The notes under the pieces are model-generated. The model did not search any database. It was not told the origin of the DNA and was given only the letters and a program-made list of their open reading frames with translations. Position numbers and translations under genes: made by a program. A stretch of DNA of 64,000 nt from Veleropilina oligotropha (Eukaryota): the NCBI GenBank assembly GCA_048128005.1, contig JBEUKZ010000069.1, positions 62,001-126,000 of the forward strand. The letters are read 5' to 3'. Below are positions 12,440 to 26,192 of the stretch, piece after piece (the first letter of the stretch is position 1; each line of letters opens with the position of its first letter).

Positions 12440-14720
12440 AACAGAAACTTCAAAGCATAGAGCAGATTTTAACATTGAGAAAAATTTCAACATTTAACTT
12501 TATCAAATTACCTAAGTTAAATCTCATAATTATTAAATATAATTTCATTTGTTTGTGTCAAATAAGAATTAATTTACCTTCAATGATTCTGCTATGGTGC
12601 CATGGAACATTGAAATAAACGTATCTAATATTCAAAGATGCTTGAAAATTCCAATGGCAGTTATAGCAAAATTGATAAACTTTAACCAAAAACTTAAACA
12701 AATATTTATAAGTCCAAAAGTTGCATTGTGAAGTAAAATTTGATATAAATCATATTCAATTTTAGTTTTATAATGTCGTGCAATATTGGAAAATACATAT
12801 CTAAAATAAAAAGGTGGAAAAGATTGCACATTGTTGCATATAGATCATGATTGAAAAACTTGAACATTTACTGCAGGCGGCGGACAGACAACCAGACGGA
12901 CATCATCATTAAATAGGCTAGCATGTGTTGCATGCGATTCAATAAAACTTCAAAAATGGAAAGCATGCAAGAGATTGTAACCTTGAGAAAAAAACTTCAA
13001 CATTTACCTTTATAAAATTTCCCAAGTTAAAATCTCATATAAATTATTTTATGTGATAAAATAGATTTACCTTAAATAATACTGCTCTGGTGTTATGGGA
13101 TATTGAAATATACATATCTAATGTTCATCGGTGCTAAAAAGTTTCAATGGCAGACATTATATCATCAATGAAAAACTTTAACATAAATTTTAACAAAATA
13201 ATTTCTATGTCCAGATGTAGCACTTTGAAGTAAAATTTGATTTAAATTACATTCCATATTACCGTCATAGCGTCGTGCAACATTGCAGTAGACATATACA
13301 ACGATGATAAACTAAAAGAGTGTACGTTTGCCTATATAGCATTATTGAAAAACTTTAACATTCAAAATTTATAAGTTCAAAAGCAGCATTTTGAAGTAAA
13401 ATTTTATTTAAATTACATTCAATATTATTAGTGTAGTGTTATGCAACATGGAAATAGACATATCTACAATAAAAATATGATACACAGAGTTGCCTATATA
13501 GCATCATTGAAAAACTTTAACATTCACTGCGGACAGACGGACCGACGACCGGGCAGACGTACATCATCATTACATAGGCCCGCATCTGCGTTGCATGCGA
13601 GCAAACAATTGAAAGCATGCAAAGAGATTGTACATGTAACCTTGAGAAAAAAACTTCAACATCTAACTTTATAAAATTTTCCAAGTTAAAATCTCAACTT
13701 CCTTTTTCTGATCAAATAAATTTAATTTACCTTAAATAATACTGTCTGGTGCCATAGGATATTGAAATAAACATATCTAATGTTCGAAGATGCTAAAAAG
13801 TTTCAATGTCAGATATTATACCACCGTTGAAAAACTTTAACAAAATATTTCTAAGTCCAGAAGTAGCACTTTGAGGTAACATTTGATTTAAATAACATTC
13901 CATGTTACTGTTATAGTGTCGTGCAACATTGGAGTAGCCATATGCCATATACAACGATGATAAAGAGTGCAATTGTTTGCCTATATAGCAGTATTGAAAA
14001 ACTTTAACATTCACAGCAGAGAGCCAGACAGACAAACGGACGGACATCATCATTACACAGGCCTGCATCTGATTTATATGCAAGCCATACATATAAAGCA
14101 TGAAGAGAGTGTAACCTTGATAAAAAAACCTTCAACATTTAACTTTATAAAATTTCCCAAGTTAAAATCTCACATAATTTCTATTTTTGAGATAAAATAG
14201 ATTTAATTTACCTTAAATAATACTGCTCTGGTGGCATGGGATATTGAAATAAACATATCTAATGTTCAATGATGCTAAAAAGTTTCAATGTCAGGTATTA
14301 TATAGCATCATTGAAAAACTTTAACAAAATAATTTGTATGTCCAGAAGTATCACTTTTGAAGTAAAATTTGATTTAAATTACATTCCATATTACTGTCAA
14401 AGTGTAGGGAAATATTGCATAGACATTATGTCAAATAATACGATGATAAAGAGTGCACATGTTTGCCTATATATAGTATTATTGAAAAACTTTAACATTT
14501 AAAATGTCCAAAAGCAGCATTTTGAAGGAAAGTTGTATTTAAATTACATTCAATATTAATAGTGTCGTGTTGTGCAAGATGATAATAGACATATATACAA
14601 TACAATTATGATAATTGAAAAACTTTAACATTCACTGCGGACGGCCGGACAGACGGCCGGACGGACGTACATCATCATTACATAGGCTCGCATCTGCTTT
14701 GCATGCGAGCCAAAAAATTA
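12440..14720 (+). repeat. About 4 tandem degenerate modules (500-700 bp), HINE-like
   Basis: The module end CGGAC..ACATCATCATTA.ATAGGC.CGCAT...ATGCGA recurs near 12880, 13530, 14020 and 14640, with repeated GAAAAACTTTAACA blocks. Confidence 0.7.
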
Positions 14721-14876
14721 AAAACATACAGCATTCAGAAATACAAAGAGATCACACACAAAGCTATTCGATCGAACCAATTATATTATACAACAGTTCA
14801 GTTCGATTAAGAAACATACCAAAACTTCAAATGCCTACCATGCACCAATTTTATAAACACAGAAGATAACAACGTA

Positions 14877-15208
14877 CCGTAAAGCTTATAATAGCGCCGG
14901 GGCACGAGTGTATTGGAATTAATGGGCGCCGGGTCAGAAAGATATGTCACCATACTATGGCAACGGGCATGCGCAAAAATAATACTGCGTTTCCTTTATG
15001 ATTAAAGTATGGAAGCCTCCTCATGTAGTCAGTTTTTTTCATGTCAGAAACAAGTGAATGTACGGAAGAAGAATTTGATGACTTAATGTTTCCTGATAAT
15101 CTTCACAAAACGTTGAACGAGATTAATAAGCGCCTGCCAGTGATAAGCGTCTGTTTACGAGATACCTGACGCCATTTAGCGCCCGGGCGCCTGTTATAAG
15201 ATTTACGG
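14877..15208. mobile_element. Tc1/mariner-pogo-type MITE
   Basis: TA|CCGTAAAGCTTATAA ... TTATAAGATTTACGG|TA inverted ends with TA flanks and subterminal GCGCC repeats. Confidence 0.7.
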
Positions 15209-15786
15209 TATTAATAAACATGATAACAATAATTTATGTGATTGGTGAGTCGCATTTCAGTATGATATATATATTTATCTTACTATCTTTGAAAATACTC
15301 TATTTTCATTGGTTGTTTACCCGTTGACAATCCACGGTGTACAATGGATTAGGCGGTGTCTAACTGGAGCACGTGCAGTAATATCTACCGTGTAATTTCC
15401 CATGTTAAACATATGGAGAAATTGTAAAATGCTTCGATACAGGGGAGATAACTGCGTTCGCCTTAGCAACGTTCTGTCGTCTGCCTTTGTTTATCGATAT
15501 CAATATGAAATCGCTTTGGTAATAAATAATACACGGGAAGACATAGCAAAGAAGAAAGAAAACGTTATACTAGGAAATACGAAGAGATCGAACATTAGCG
15601 CATCAATTTGATTTAAACAGTACTTAAAAGAAAATGCGTTTGTTTCCATATAAGGAAATCCATGTAAACACAATAATAAGCTCACTGACATTGAAACGGA
15701 TTATGCTGATCGCTGATGTCATATTATAGCTGTTAATCAGTATACTAGTATTTGCTTACTTTTAACTTTGAAAGTAAGATAAAATC

Positions 15787-15905
15787 GTTGTCTTCCGAGC
15801 ACTCGGGGTACATCTCGTAATATCTACTGACAATGACGTTACACCCCTCAGCGCTACATTGTCAGTAGATATTACGAGATGTACCCCGAGTGCTCGGAAG
15901 ACAAC
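15787..15905. repeat. Perfect palindrome, 49-bp arms and 21-nt loop
   Basis: 15787-15835 is the exact reverse complement of 15857-15905. Confidence 0.95.
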
Positions 15906-16260
15906 TTATAATATACATATATACGATAATTGCTATTAAGACTGTCTTCATAATGACGAAAGAAACAGGTGAGCTATATATAAATTTAAGTCCAATTGCG
16001 CTTTAACTTCATCGTTCATATATAGTTCCAGATATAGACCTAGCATCACGCTAATTTCAACCAAATTTCATTTTTTACGTTTTCATTAGGGACGCATTAT
16101 GCTGGACATGATATAAAATTGTTGCGTATTTATACCGTGTTAAACATTTCCATATAAACACAATGCTGACACGCATTGTCATATGACCCGTATTTTGATT
16201 TGAAATGACTTAAATGATTGCAAAATTTATATTGGCATTTCTAAAAACATAGAGCTGATG

Positions 16261-17094
16261 TCATTTATGAACAACCATGTGTTTTTTTAGGACATGCTTG
16301 TGTGAAAATGCCCGACTGCACACGGAACACTGGTGTGGTTTCTCCCCAGTGTGGATTAGCATGTGGCTTCTAAGATTACCTGCTTGTGAAAATGATTTAT
16401 TACACTCAACGCATTGATGTGGTTTCTCCCCAGTATGAATCAACATATGCGCACTAAGACCACCCAATTGTGAAAAGGAATTATTGCATACAGCACACCG
16501 GTGTGGCTTTTCCTTAGTATGGATCAACATATGCGTCTTAACACTACTAGCTCGTGAAAATGCATGATTACAAACAACGCATTTGTGACGTTTCTCTCCA
16601 GTATGGGTGACCATGTGCATTATCATATGATGTGATTGCGAGAATTTCTGATTACACATAACACACTGATGAGGCTTTTCCCCAGAATGAGTTAACATGT
16701 GCTGTTTAAGATTACCTGCTTGCGAAAATGCTCCATTGCACACAGCACACCGATGCGGATTCCCTCCTGTATGAATTAACATGTGTATCTTAAGAGCTCC
16801 TTTTTGGGCAAACGTCTGGTTGCACTCTGTACACTTGTACGGTTTTTCTCCAGTATGAATGTGCATGTGTTTATTAAGATAACTTTTCTGGTGAAACGTA
16901 TCGTTGCACAAACAGCACTGGAATGGTTTTTCGCCTGTGTGAATACGCATGTGCATTTTTTGATTATGCAATAATGTAAATGTCATATCACACACACTGC
17001 AGATGTGTCGGATATCATGTGTCTTCCTGTGATATTTATACCTACTTGCATCAGTGAATTTTTTGTCGCACACATCGCATTTTTGCGGCTTCAT
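16261..17094 (-). CDS. C2H2 zinc-finger protein (10 fingers), apparently intact
   Basis: Tandem CxxC...HxxxH fingers with HTGEKP linkers; ends at the family terminus HVLKKHMVVHK*. Confidence 0.9.
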   Translation of the reverse strand: MKPQKCDVCDKKFTDASRYKYHRKTHDIRHICSVCDMTFTLLHNQKMHMRIHTGEKPFQCCLCNDTFHQKSYLNKHMHIHTGEKPYKCTECNQTFAQKGALKIHMLIHTGGNPHRCAVCNGAFSQAGNLKQHMLTHSGEKPHQCVMCNQKFSQSHHMIMHMVTHTGEKRHKCVVCNHAFSRASSVKTHMLIHTKEKPHRCAVCNNSFSQLGGLSAHMLIHTGEKPHQCVECNKSFSQAGNLRSHMLIHTGEKPHQCSVCSRAFSHKHVLKKHMVVHK

Positions 17095-18157
17095 TGTGAT
17101 ATGAATTTCAGCAACAAATATCAGTTGGCAGGGTTAATGAAAGGGTAATAATAAACGTTGGTCGACCTTTCTTATCAGTAAACAACAACTAAAATCAATG
17201 ATGTTATCCTAACATGACACGATTTACAAACGACATGTACCAAGCTTTGTATTGTTCATAAAACGCATAGAGAATAAACATTCATAAAGTCTAACTCTCA
17301 CCGGAGTTCGTGGTTGGAACTAGGAATCCGCATTTCACTCTGGAGTCGCAATTTGATGAGGTGACATCTGGTGGAGTTATATCTTACCTTGTGCCTAAAC
17401 ACTCTTCAGTAAACGCAAACACAATATCCGTTATAAAATACAGTTCACTGAATCGTAACCTACAACGGAGTACGTGATATCAGGCAGGCAATAGTAATTT
17501 TCACTAAAGCGACACCATTCGATTAAACGGAGACACCTTCTGAATTCCTCATTCAATTAGGGTTGTTTATGCAGCTGCATTGGCCATCAGTTAATGCATT
17601 TGTCAAAAACAATCTGGAATATAAATATGTTTTCATGTGAGAATCGAATAATCCACCAGTTCCATACAAAGGGTTACAAAAATTTATCATAACATATTCA
17701 TTATGCGATATCACGTCATCAAATCAAAGACAAGCTTGCGCATGCTATTTTGACGGACACCTTACCCACGTTAATTTTATTGACGGATACCTCATATTGT
17801 GCCTTATGTCGTCATTACTGCCGTCTGCAACACAAATTGGTTACGTAATCCTCACAGAGTGACGAAATCTAGTCTTCTGAAAGATTGTCTGTGACGTGGT
17901 TTTCATTTGCCGTCCGATATTAGCATAAATTGCGCACGTTAATTTCCTGACGGAAAATGTAGAAGTTTTTTCAAAACTGTTTAATGATAATAAAAAACGC
18001 CACTGGGGGAAAATACATGTTATGTAATGAAGAAAACTGGTTTCAAGCCAAGTTCATGCCTATACTGATTATTGTCTGTCGCTTATATGATTATAAGCAG
18101 CAGCGCATTAACAACTTAAATTTTGACGGACAAGATAACGCGCGCAAGGGCAATTTT

Positions 18158-19118
18158 AACAAGAGCTGTCAGAAGGACAGCATGCTCGACTATCAAAAGC
18201 TAGATCGATGAACTTTCAAGGCTGTAGTGTGAACAGTTTGTGAGAAAAGGCCCTTCATGCAAAACATTAACCTGAATTATCTAAGTCGAAAAATGGAAAT
18301 AATTTGGTAAAAATGAAGCTAGAGTTATGGCCCTTGTATTGCAAGTTCGCATAATGATGTGACAAGCGTATGAAGTTTCAAGGCTGTAGTGTGAACACTT
18401 TGTGAGAAAAGGCCCTTCATGCAAAATGTTAACCTGAAGTTGACTTTGTGAGAAAAGGCCCTTCATGCAAAACATTAACCTGAATTGTCTAAGTCGAAAA
18501 ATGGAAATAATTTGGTAAAAATGAAGCTAGAGTTATGGCCCTTGTATTGCAAGTTCGCATAATGATGTGACAAGCGTATGAAGTTTCAAGGCTGTAGTGT
18601 GAACACTTTGTGAGAAAAGGCCCTTCATGCAAAATGTTAACCTGAAGTTGACTTTGTGAGAAAAGGCCCTTCATGCAAAACATTAACCTGAATTGTCTAA
18701 GTCGAAAAAGGGGAATAATTTGGTAAAATAACAAAGCCAGATTTATTACGCCTGTAATGTAAGCTCGCATAATGACATTGAACAAGAGTATGAAGTTTGA
18801 AAGGTGTAGTGTGAAAAAAATGTGAGAAAAGACCCTTCATGCAAAACATTAACCTGACTTGTCTAAGTCGAAAAAGGGGAATAATTTGGTAAAACAACGA
18901 AGCCAGAGTTATTACGCCTAATATGTAAGGTCGCATAATGACATTGAACAAGTGTATGAAGTTTGAAAGTTGTAGTTTGAAAAATTTGTGAGAAAAGACC
19001 CTTCATGCAAAATGTTAACCTGAAGTTTGACGCCAACGCCAACGCCAACGCCAACGCCGACGCCGACGACAGGGTGACTGCAATAGCTCGTACTATTTTA
19101 GAATAGTCGAGCTAAAAA
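18158..19118 (+). mobile_element. Helentron/HINE ('pearl'-like) non-autonomous element with an internal tandem array
   Basis: Subterminal inverted repeat GCTCGACTAT (18184-18193) / ATAGTCGAGC (19103-19112), internal ~208/166-bp tandem units, an (ACGCCA)n tract and a 3' hairpin. Confidence 0.72.
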
Positions 19119-19448
19119 CTGTTTTTAATTATAAAGAAGTCACTAAAAATAAAATTAATAAATTAATGTTAGTAAGTAGCTTTTGGTTGATAGTTTGCGT
19201 CAAAAAGGGCTACAGCGTTACTGGTTACATACATGTGCGTCCGTGGGCAGCTATGTAAGAGGTACACCAGCATGTTACAAAATACTATTTAAAAAATTAC
19301 ACTAAAAAAAATATTTATATTATGTCTTGCATTATTAAATTAATGCTTGCCATTCAATTTTATTACATAATGATATATTCAATATATGCTTATTTAGAGG
19401 GGTATAATCACACCTTATCCACTAATAACGCCTTAGCTAAATGTGACC

Positions 19449-19868
<420 letters not shown>

Positions 19869-20649
19869 TGTTTCTCACGAAACTGCAGCAACTTTTTTTA
19901 AGAGGTCATTTTTAAAATGTTTGCTGATCGTTTCAATACTCTGTCCATATAATGTACATACAATCTACTTCTGTCCAAAAAAACTGCTACAAGTTTAGTG
20001 AAAAGACCTTCCTACAAGAGTTCCTCCAGTTTGGGACATGTTTTGCAATGTAAAGTACAAATCCACCATGACCTCAGCTAGGAATTCATGTTTAAAGTAT
20101 TAGTTCATAATATACATGCAATTGGAACACTTTGAACCGATCAGGAATATATTACAACATCAATATCACTTTACAAGTAATGTTTGGATGCATTTCTACT
20201 TCTGATGCAGGTTAGAGTATACATAAGGTGAATTTCGAAATGTACTTTTACCAAATAAGAAGTCGTGACGAATGTTATCATATTTAGAGAGTGCTGTTTA
20301 TGGGGAATGTTAAGCTATCATCCAAATATACAACATATATGCTGTATTTCTGCACACCATGCAGGTCTTATTTCTGGATTTATATTATTCATAAGGAGTT
20401 CGCATAATGGATTCGTACTTGACAAAACTCAACAAACAAAATAAATATGGAAATGCACTCTTTACCACAAACAAAATATTCCTTTGAATTAAAAGTGATA
20501 GCACATACATTATTGACAAATAATGCGAAAAAGACGAATTGAAATCCCAAAGCTGCTAATATTTCAAGAGTAAACTCATGTTAAATGACAACATAAGCAG
20601 ATAGACAATTGTAGGCTGATCATTACGGTTCTTTGCCACAATTAATTAT

Positions 20650-21102
<453 letters not shown>

Positions 21103-21899
21103 TTATATACAAGAATAAATTGTCTTTTTAGATAGAGAGTTGAAACCGGATCATCCGACAGCAATATGAATGAAAATGTTAACAATGGTCAAAAACGTGG
21201 CAGGCAGTTCACTCACTATCCATGCATTTGCCATCGAATTTCCACAGGATAAAAATGTCCGTATTCGATTCATTGTCAATGGTAAATCAAATGATATTTC
21301 GATCATGTAAACATATACTCAGCTCAAACGTCAAGTCAGCCAATGCATGACATAGTACAATGTTCGATTTGAGTAGAATCGGTGACTGGGTTTACTTCAG
21401 ATATATTGTGATAATGTGAATAAGGACAATCCGTCGCCTGCAGTGTATTCTGGAGTGGCATTTGATCAATGTAAGCAAAAGTATCATGCCACAACAATAT
21501 GAGCGTTTGTTATTATGTATTCGTTATTGTATTTGAACAACGAAGTGACGTGATATAATATACATCATATAATGACACACTTTTACCCTACATATAGAGT
21601 AGGACGCACATGTATTTGTGCGTTAAATGGTGTTTATAATACAATTCATATATAAGTTATAACCATGCAATCTTCTATAATTTCATTACATTACATTACA
21701 AATATATTTCAATCAAACTATAAACAAATATAATTCCGTACGATTTGTGCATGACATTAAGAAAACATTGCAGCTGAAATTAATTTCGTTATTCTCGTAA
21801 TTCATTGTCGTATTTTTTATGGAAATCCTATCTGACTCACCATCACCCGATGTATCTTAGTGTGACTAATGGAGCTGGGTTATGCTGTTGAATGTTGTT

Positions 21900-22160
21900 G
21901 GCATTAAATCCAGACGACTTTCTCATCCCACAACGTAGACAGCGCAGACGTGCTCCATCATCAGGAGTTAAGGACTACACCCTACTAATGTGCTAAGAAG
22001 TATAACGACTAACAATTATCAGTGCTATATTGTTCCTGCAGCCAATACTAGCCAATATACTCATTCATTATTTAGGAGAACTGCCATTGACTGGAATCAC
22101 CTGGATGATAACACAGTATCATCTAAAGCTTTTGAAAACTTTAAAGAGACTTTTGCCCGT
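21900..22160 (+). mobile_element. 3' fragment of a CR1/L2-type LINE ORF2
   Basis: ANTSQYTHSLFRRTAIDWNHLDDNTVSSKAFENFK resembles the Y..SFFPRT..DWN.L...FK C-terminal motif of these LINEs. Confidence 0.55.
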
Positions 22161-23439
22161 AAATGCGCTCTTTCTTTTTTAAAAAGAAAACTAACAGCAT
22201 TACACTTTTTGTTTATAACATAAAAAGTTAGGAATTTTCAACACTCAACTTTCATCAGTATTTTGCTACCGTTTAAATTAATGCTACTGAATATTTAAAA
22301 ATAATAAAACGCGGTCCGCGTTTAATTACCTCGCACCGAGTTCATTTCCAGTTGACCCAGTTGGAGCACAGTTGCGTTGGTTTATGTTCGCCAAGAAAGA
22401 TAGCTTTCTACTTGACAATAACATATATTGCCCAGATACAATAATAATTTCAATACAAGTCTATCATTTTATCATGTATCGATCATATCTTCGCGAAATT
22501 TGTATCAATCTTCGCGAACCGTGCAATAGCGGGATTCAGGACAACGCGTGCCTGAGACAACTCGTGTATTTAAGCGTATTTACTGGCAATAGTCTATTTA
22601 AGCTTGCTATTATATGTTGATTAATTTATTTTTTGTTGGCTGAACAATCACCCGAAGTGTATATCCCAGATTTGGGTCTACTTCATATTTATTCAGATTA
22701 ATGCTGTCGTTGTCTCAATATAAGAACTATGACTGTATTCAAGTCTACATTACCCTGATTGTTATCGAAAACAAACCCACGCCGATCAGTTCCAATTATA
22801 TCTACAAAGTGCTGAGTGCATGAATATAAAGCAACAACTTAACCAACCAATCAGGCTTTCACGTACGCTGATATATATAAATATGTATACAATTATAAAT
22901 CGTCTTTTCAGATAGACAGCTGAAGACGGGTGATCCGACTACAATATGAATGAAAATGTTAACATTGGCCGAAAAAATGGAAGGCAACTCTCCACAGATT
23001 TCTCACCGAATTTCCAGAGGACCGAAATGTTTGTATTCCATTCATTGTTTCTTGGAAATCAAATTGTATTTCGGTCATGCAAACATATACTTAACTGAAG
23101 CGTGAGTTCACCCAAACGCTATTTTACGTGATGCAGTGCAATGTTCCATTTGTATGTACGGCTTCTTAATATAGTGAATGAATACGATTCTTACCGAATA
23201 ACTCAACATCCACACTGCAACAAATTAGGGACGCCATTTAAATTATGCGGTGAACCGGTTAAAATGTTGTACACAATATCCGATGTGAATTTACTGGTTG
23301 CATGACCGAGGCGTAAGTCTTAGTCTGGACGTATGATCTACCTGTTTAGTCGGGCTTAAATATGTTCGCCAGTGGCTGGTTGCATGACCGATGCGTAAGT
23401 CCTAGTCTGGACGTGTCTACCGGTTTAGTCGGGCTTAAG

Positions 23440-24570
23440 TATTGTCCGGAGCCTTTTTCCAAAACCGTACATGCTAGCTTCACAAATCTTCATACACTCA
23501 TTAACTAGGTTGAGTGATTGTGCCTTTTGATATTTTCAGGTTTCTGAAATTTTTATTTTTACAAGATTGAAATATACTATAATGGATGACGCTTTTGTCC
23601 GGAGCATATCTCCAAAACCTACATACTAACTTCACGAAACTTCATACACTCATCAACTAGGTTGAGTACTTGTGCCTTGTTTACAAAAAATGTCGGATAT
23701 AGGATTGACATAGACTATAATGTAGGACGCTTTTGTCAGGAGCATATCTCCAAAACTGTACAGGCTAGCTTCACTAAACTTAATACACGCATTAACTAGG
23801 TTGAGTAGTTGTGGCTTTTGCAATTTTCAGGTTTCGGACATTTGTATTTAAAAAAAATAAGTGATGTAAGTCTGACATATAATATAGACTACAATGAATG
23901 AAGGCGATGAATGGAGTGTGACGGTTTTGTCCGGAGCATACCTCCCAAACCATACAGGATAGCGTCACGAAGCATGGTATACACATTAGCTAGGTTGAGT
24001 AGTTGTGCATTTTGACATTAATAGGTTTCTGAAATTTGTATTTAAAAAAATAGCGGATATAAGCTTGACATAGAATATAATGGGCGACGCCTTTGTCAGA
24101 AGCATATATTCAAAATTGTACATGCTAGATTCATGAAACTTGGTACGCACACTAATTAGGTTGGGTATACGTCGTTGTGCCGTTTGCTATTTTCAGGTTT
24201 TGTATTTGTTTATTTAAAAAAGTCGCTGATATAAGATTGACATAGACTACAGTGAACGAATGCGCCGAATGAATGGGGTGTACGGCGTTTTTGTCTGAAG
24301 CATATCTCCCAATCATACAGGATAACTTCACGAAACATGGTACACACATTAACTAGGCTGAGTATACTTGTGCCTTTTGCTAGTTTCAGGTTTCTGAAAT
24401 TTGCATTTAAAAAAAATGGCGAATAATTAAGTTTGAATATAATGGGCGACGCCTTTGTCCAAATAATATCTGCCAAACCCGAACACGCTAGCATCTCAAA
24501 ACTTGGTACAAACATTAACTAAGTTTAGTGGTTGTGCCTTTTGCTATTTGAAGGTTTCTGAAATTTTAAT
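23440..24570. repeat. Degenerate tandem array, ~140-190-bp units
   Basis: About 7 recurrences of TGTCCGGAGCATATCTCCAAA...ATTAACTAGGTTGAGTA.TTGTGCC. Confidence 0.85.
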
Positions 24571-26080
24571 TTATACAGAAATTGAAATTTAATTGTTTAA
24601 GTGTAACTGTATTTATTTTGTTTGCTTAATATGCAAATATTATGTATGTTCGACGAAAGGGACATGTTTATCTGTAAGACTTGCGCACCGTGATTATGTG
24701 CAATAAGCTGTTAAGCTTATTCGTCAACCTGTGGAGCTGGAATTATCAACACAGATGAATTGGATGGATTTTGAAAACTGAATTCCTCATTGATTTATTC
24801 CATGGGTGTCTTAGAATGTATGTACAGTACAGTGTCTAATATCACTATCCTCAACTGGCCAGGGCTCGTATATATATAATTGGATCCCCAGACAATAGTC
24901 GGGGACACTACGGTTTAGTACAGTTTTTCAATATTGGTAAGTGAATTTTTAATATTTAAAAAATTAATGAATTTCCAATATTGAAAAAATAATTATCAAT
25001 ATTGATATATCGGTGACTGGGTTTACTTCAGATATATTATGATAATTTGAATATGGACAATCCGCCGCATGCAATGCATACTGGAGTGGCATTTGATCAA
25101 TACAAAAGTATCATGTCACACAAATATGAGCTTTTGTTATTATGTATTCGTTATTGTATTTGAACAACGAAGTGGCGTGATATATACATCATAGCATGGC
25201 ATACTTTTACTATACATATAGAGTAGGACGCACTATGAATAGTGACAGCGACACTTTCCATCTTCCCCTTTGTTGTTTTGCATAATGTATGGTGCAAGTA
25301 GAGTTTTAAAATACAGTCATTCACCATCTCGTTTTATGGTCGAGCGTCAAAATGAAATGTTTCACATAAACTACTCCCTACATAACATGTTGACCTATAT
25401 ATTGAGTTGCAATATATCAGCATAAGCCTCGTTTATGTGATGCTTTATGACACGACGTGTTTGCTGCAGCATAGCGTTAAAGGGGCACCCTGACTTTTGA
25501 TACGATTTTAATTGTTTTTACAAACATGTTTTCATAGTATGATATTTTTCTGGTGGAAAAATGTCTCCTGAATATATACTGAACATTTTACATTTATTGG
25601 TCACACCACAATATACGAAAATACACCAGGAACATGCCTCCCCTAGCTGGTAGCGTTCGCTTCGATTTTTACGTTGCAGTTTATGTTTTAATGATTCCCT
25701 TTTAGGGGAATAACCTACTCACACTTTCATAAAAAATGGCGGACGACAACGTGAGTTGTTTGTCACTGCCAAGGGGAAGATTACAATAATGTTGCGCTGA
25801 TATACGATGGGTAGAACATGAATTTAGTAATGCAGATACATGTATTGATAAATAGTCGGCACTTTGGAATATATTGGACTAGGACAAGACAATAGCTGTT
25901 GTTGTGATTGACAAGTATGGCCTATGTTCGGATTGTCGGTGACCACAGCGACAGGCGCACACTGGCCTGGATCGCTGCTTATCGTTCGTCGTTTTACGTT
26001 TAACGATTAGGGCAGTTAATTGTTGCTATAACAATTACTAGCGGGCACACCCGTTTACAAACGGGTGAGTTCGTCATCAT

Positions 26081-26192
26081 TCCGTCCCACAGTCCCAAGA
26101 CTCCCTCAATCAAATCCAGTTTCAGTAACTTTCGTATATAGAGAGCGAGATTGCGTGACCTGATTGACGGAGTCTTGGGACTGTGGGACGGA
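26081..26192. repeat. Inverted repeat, 32-bp arms
   Basis: 26081-26112 versus 26161-26192, one mismatch. Confidence 0.85.
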
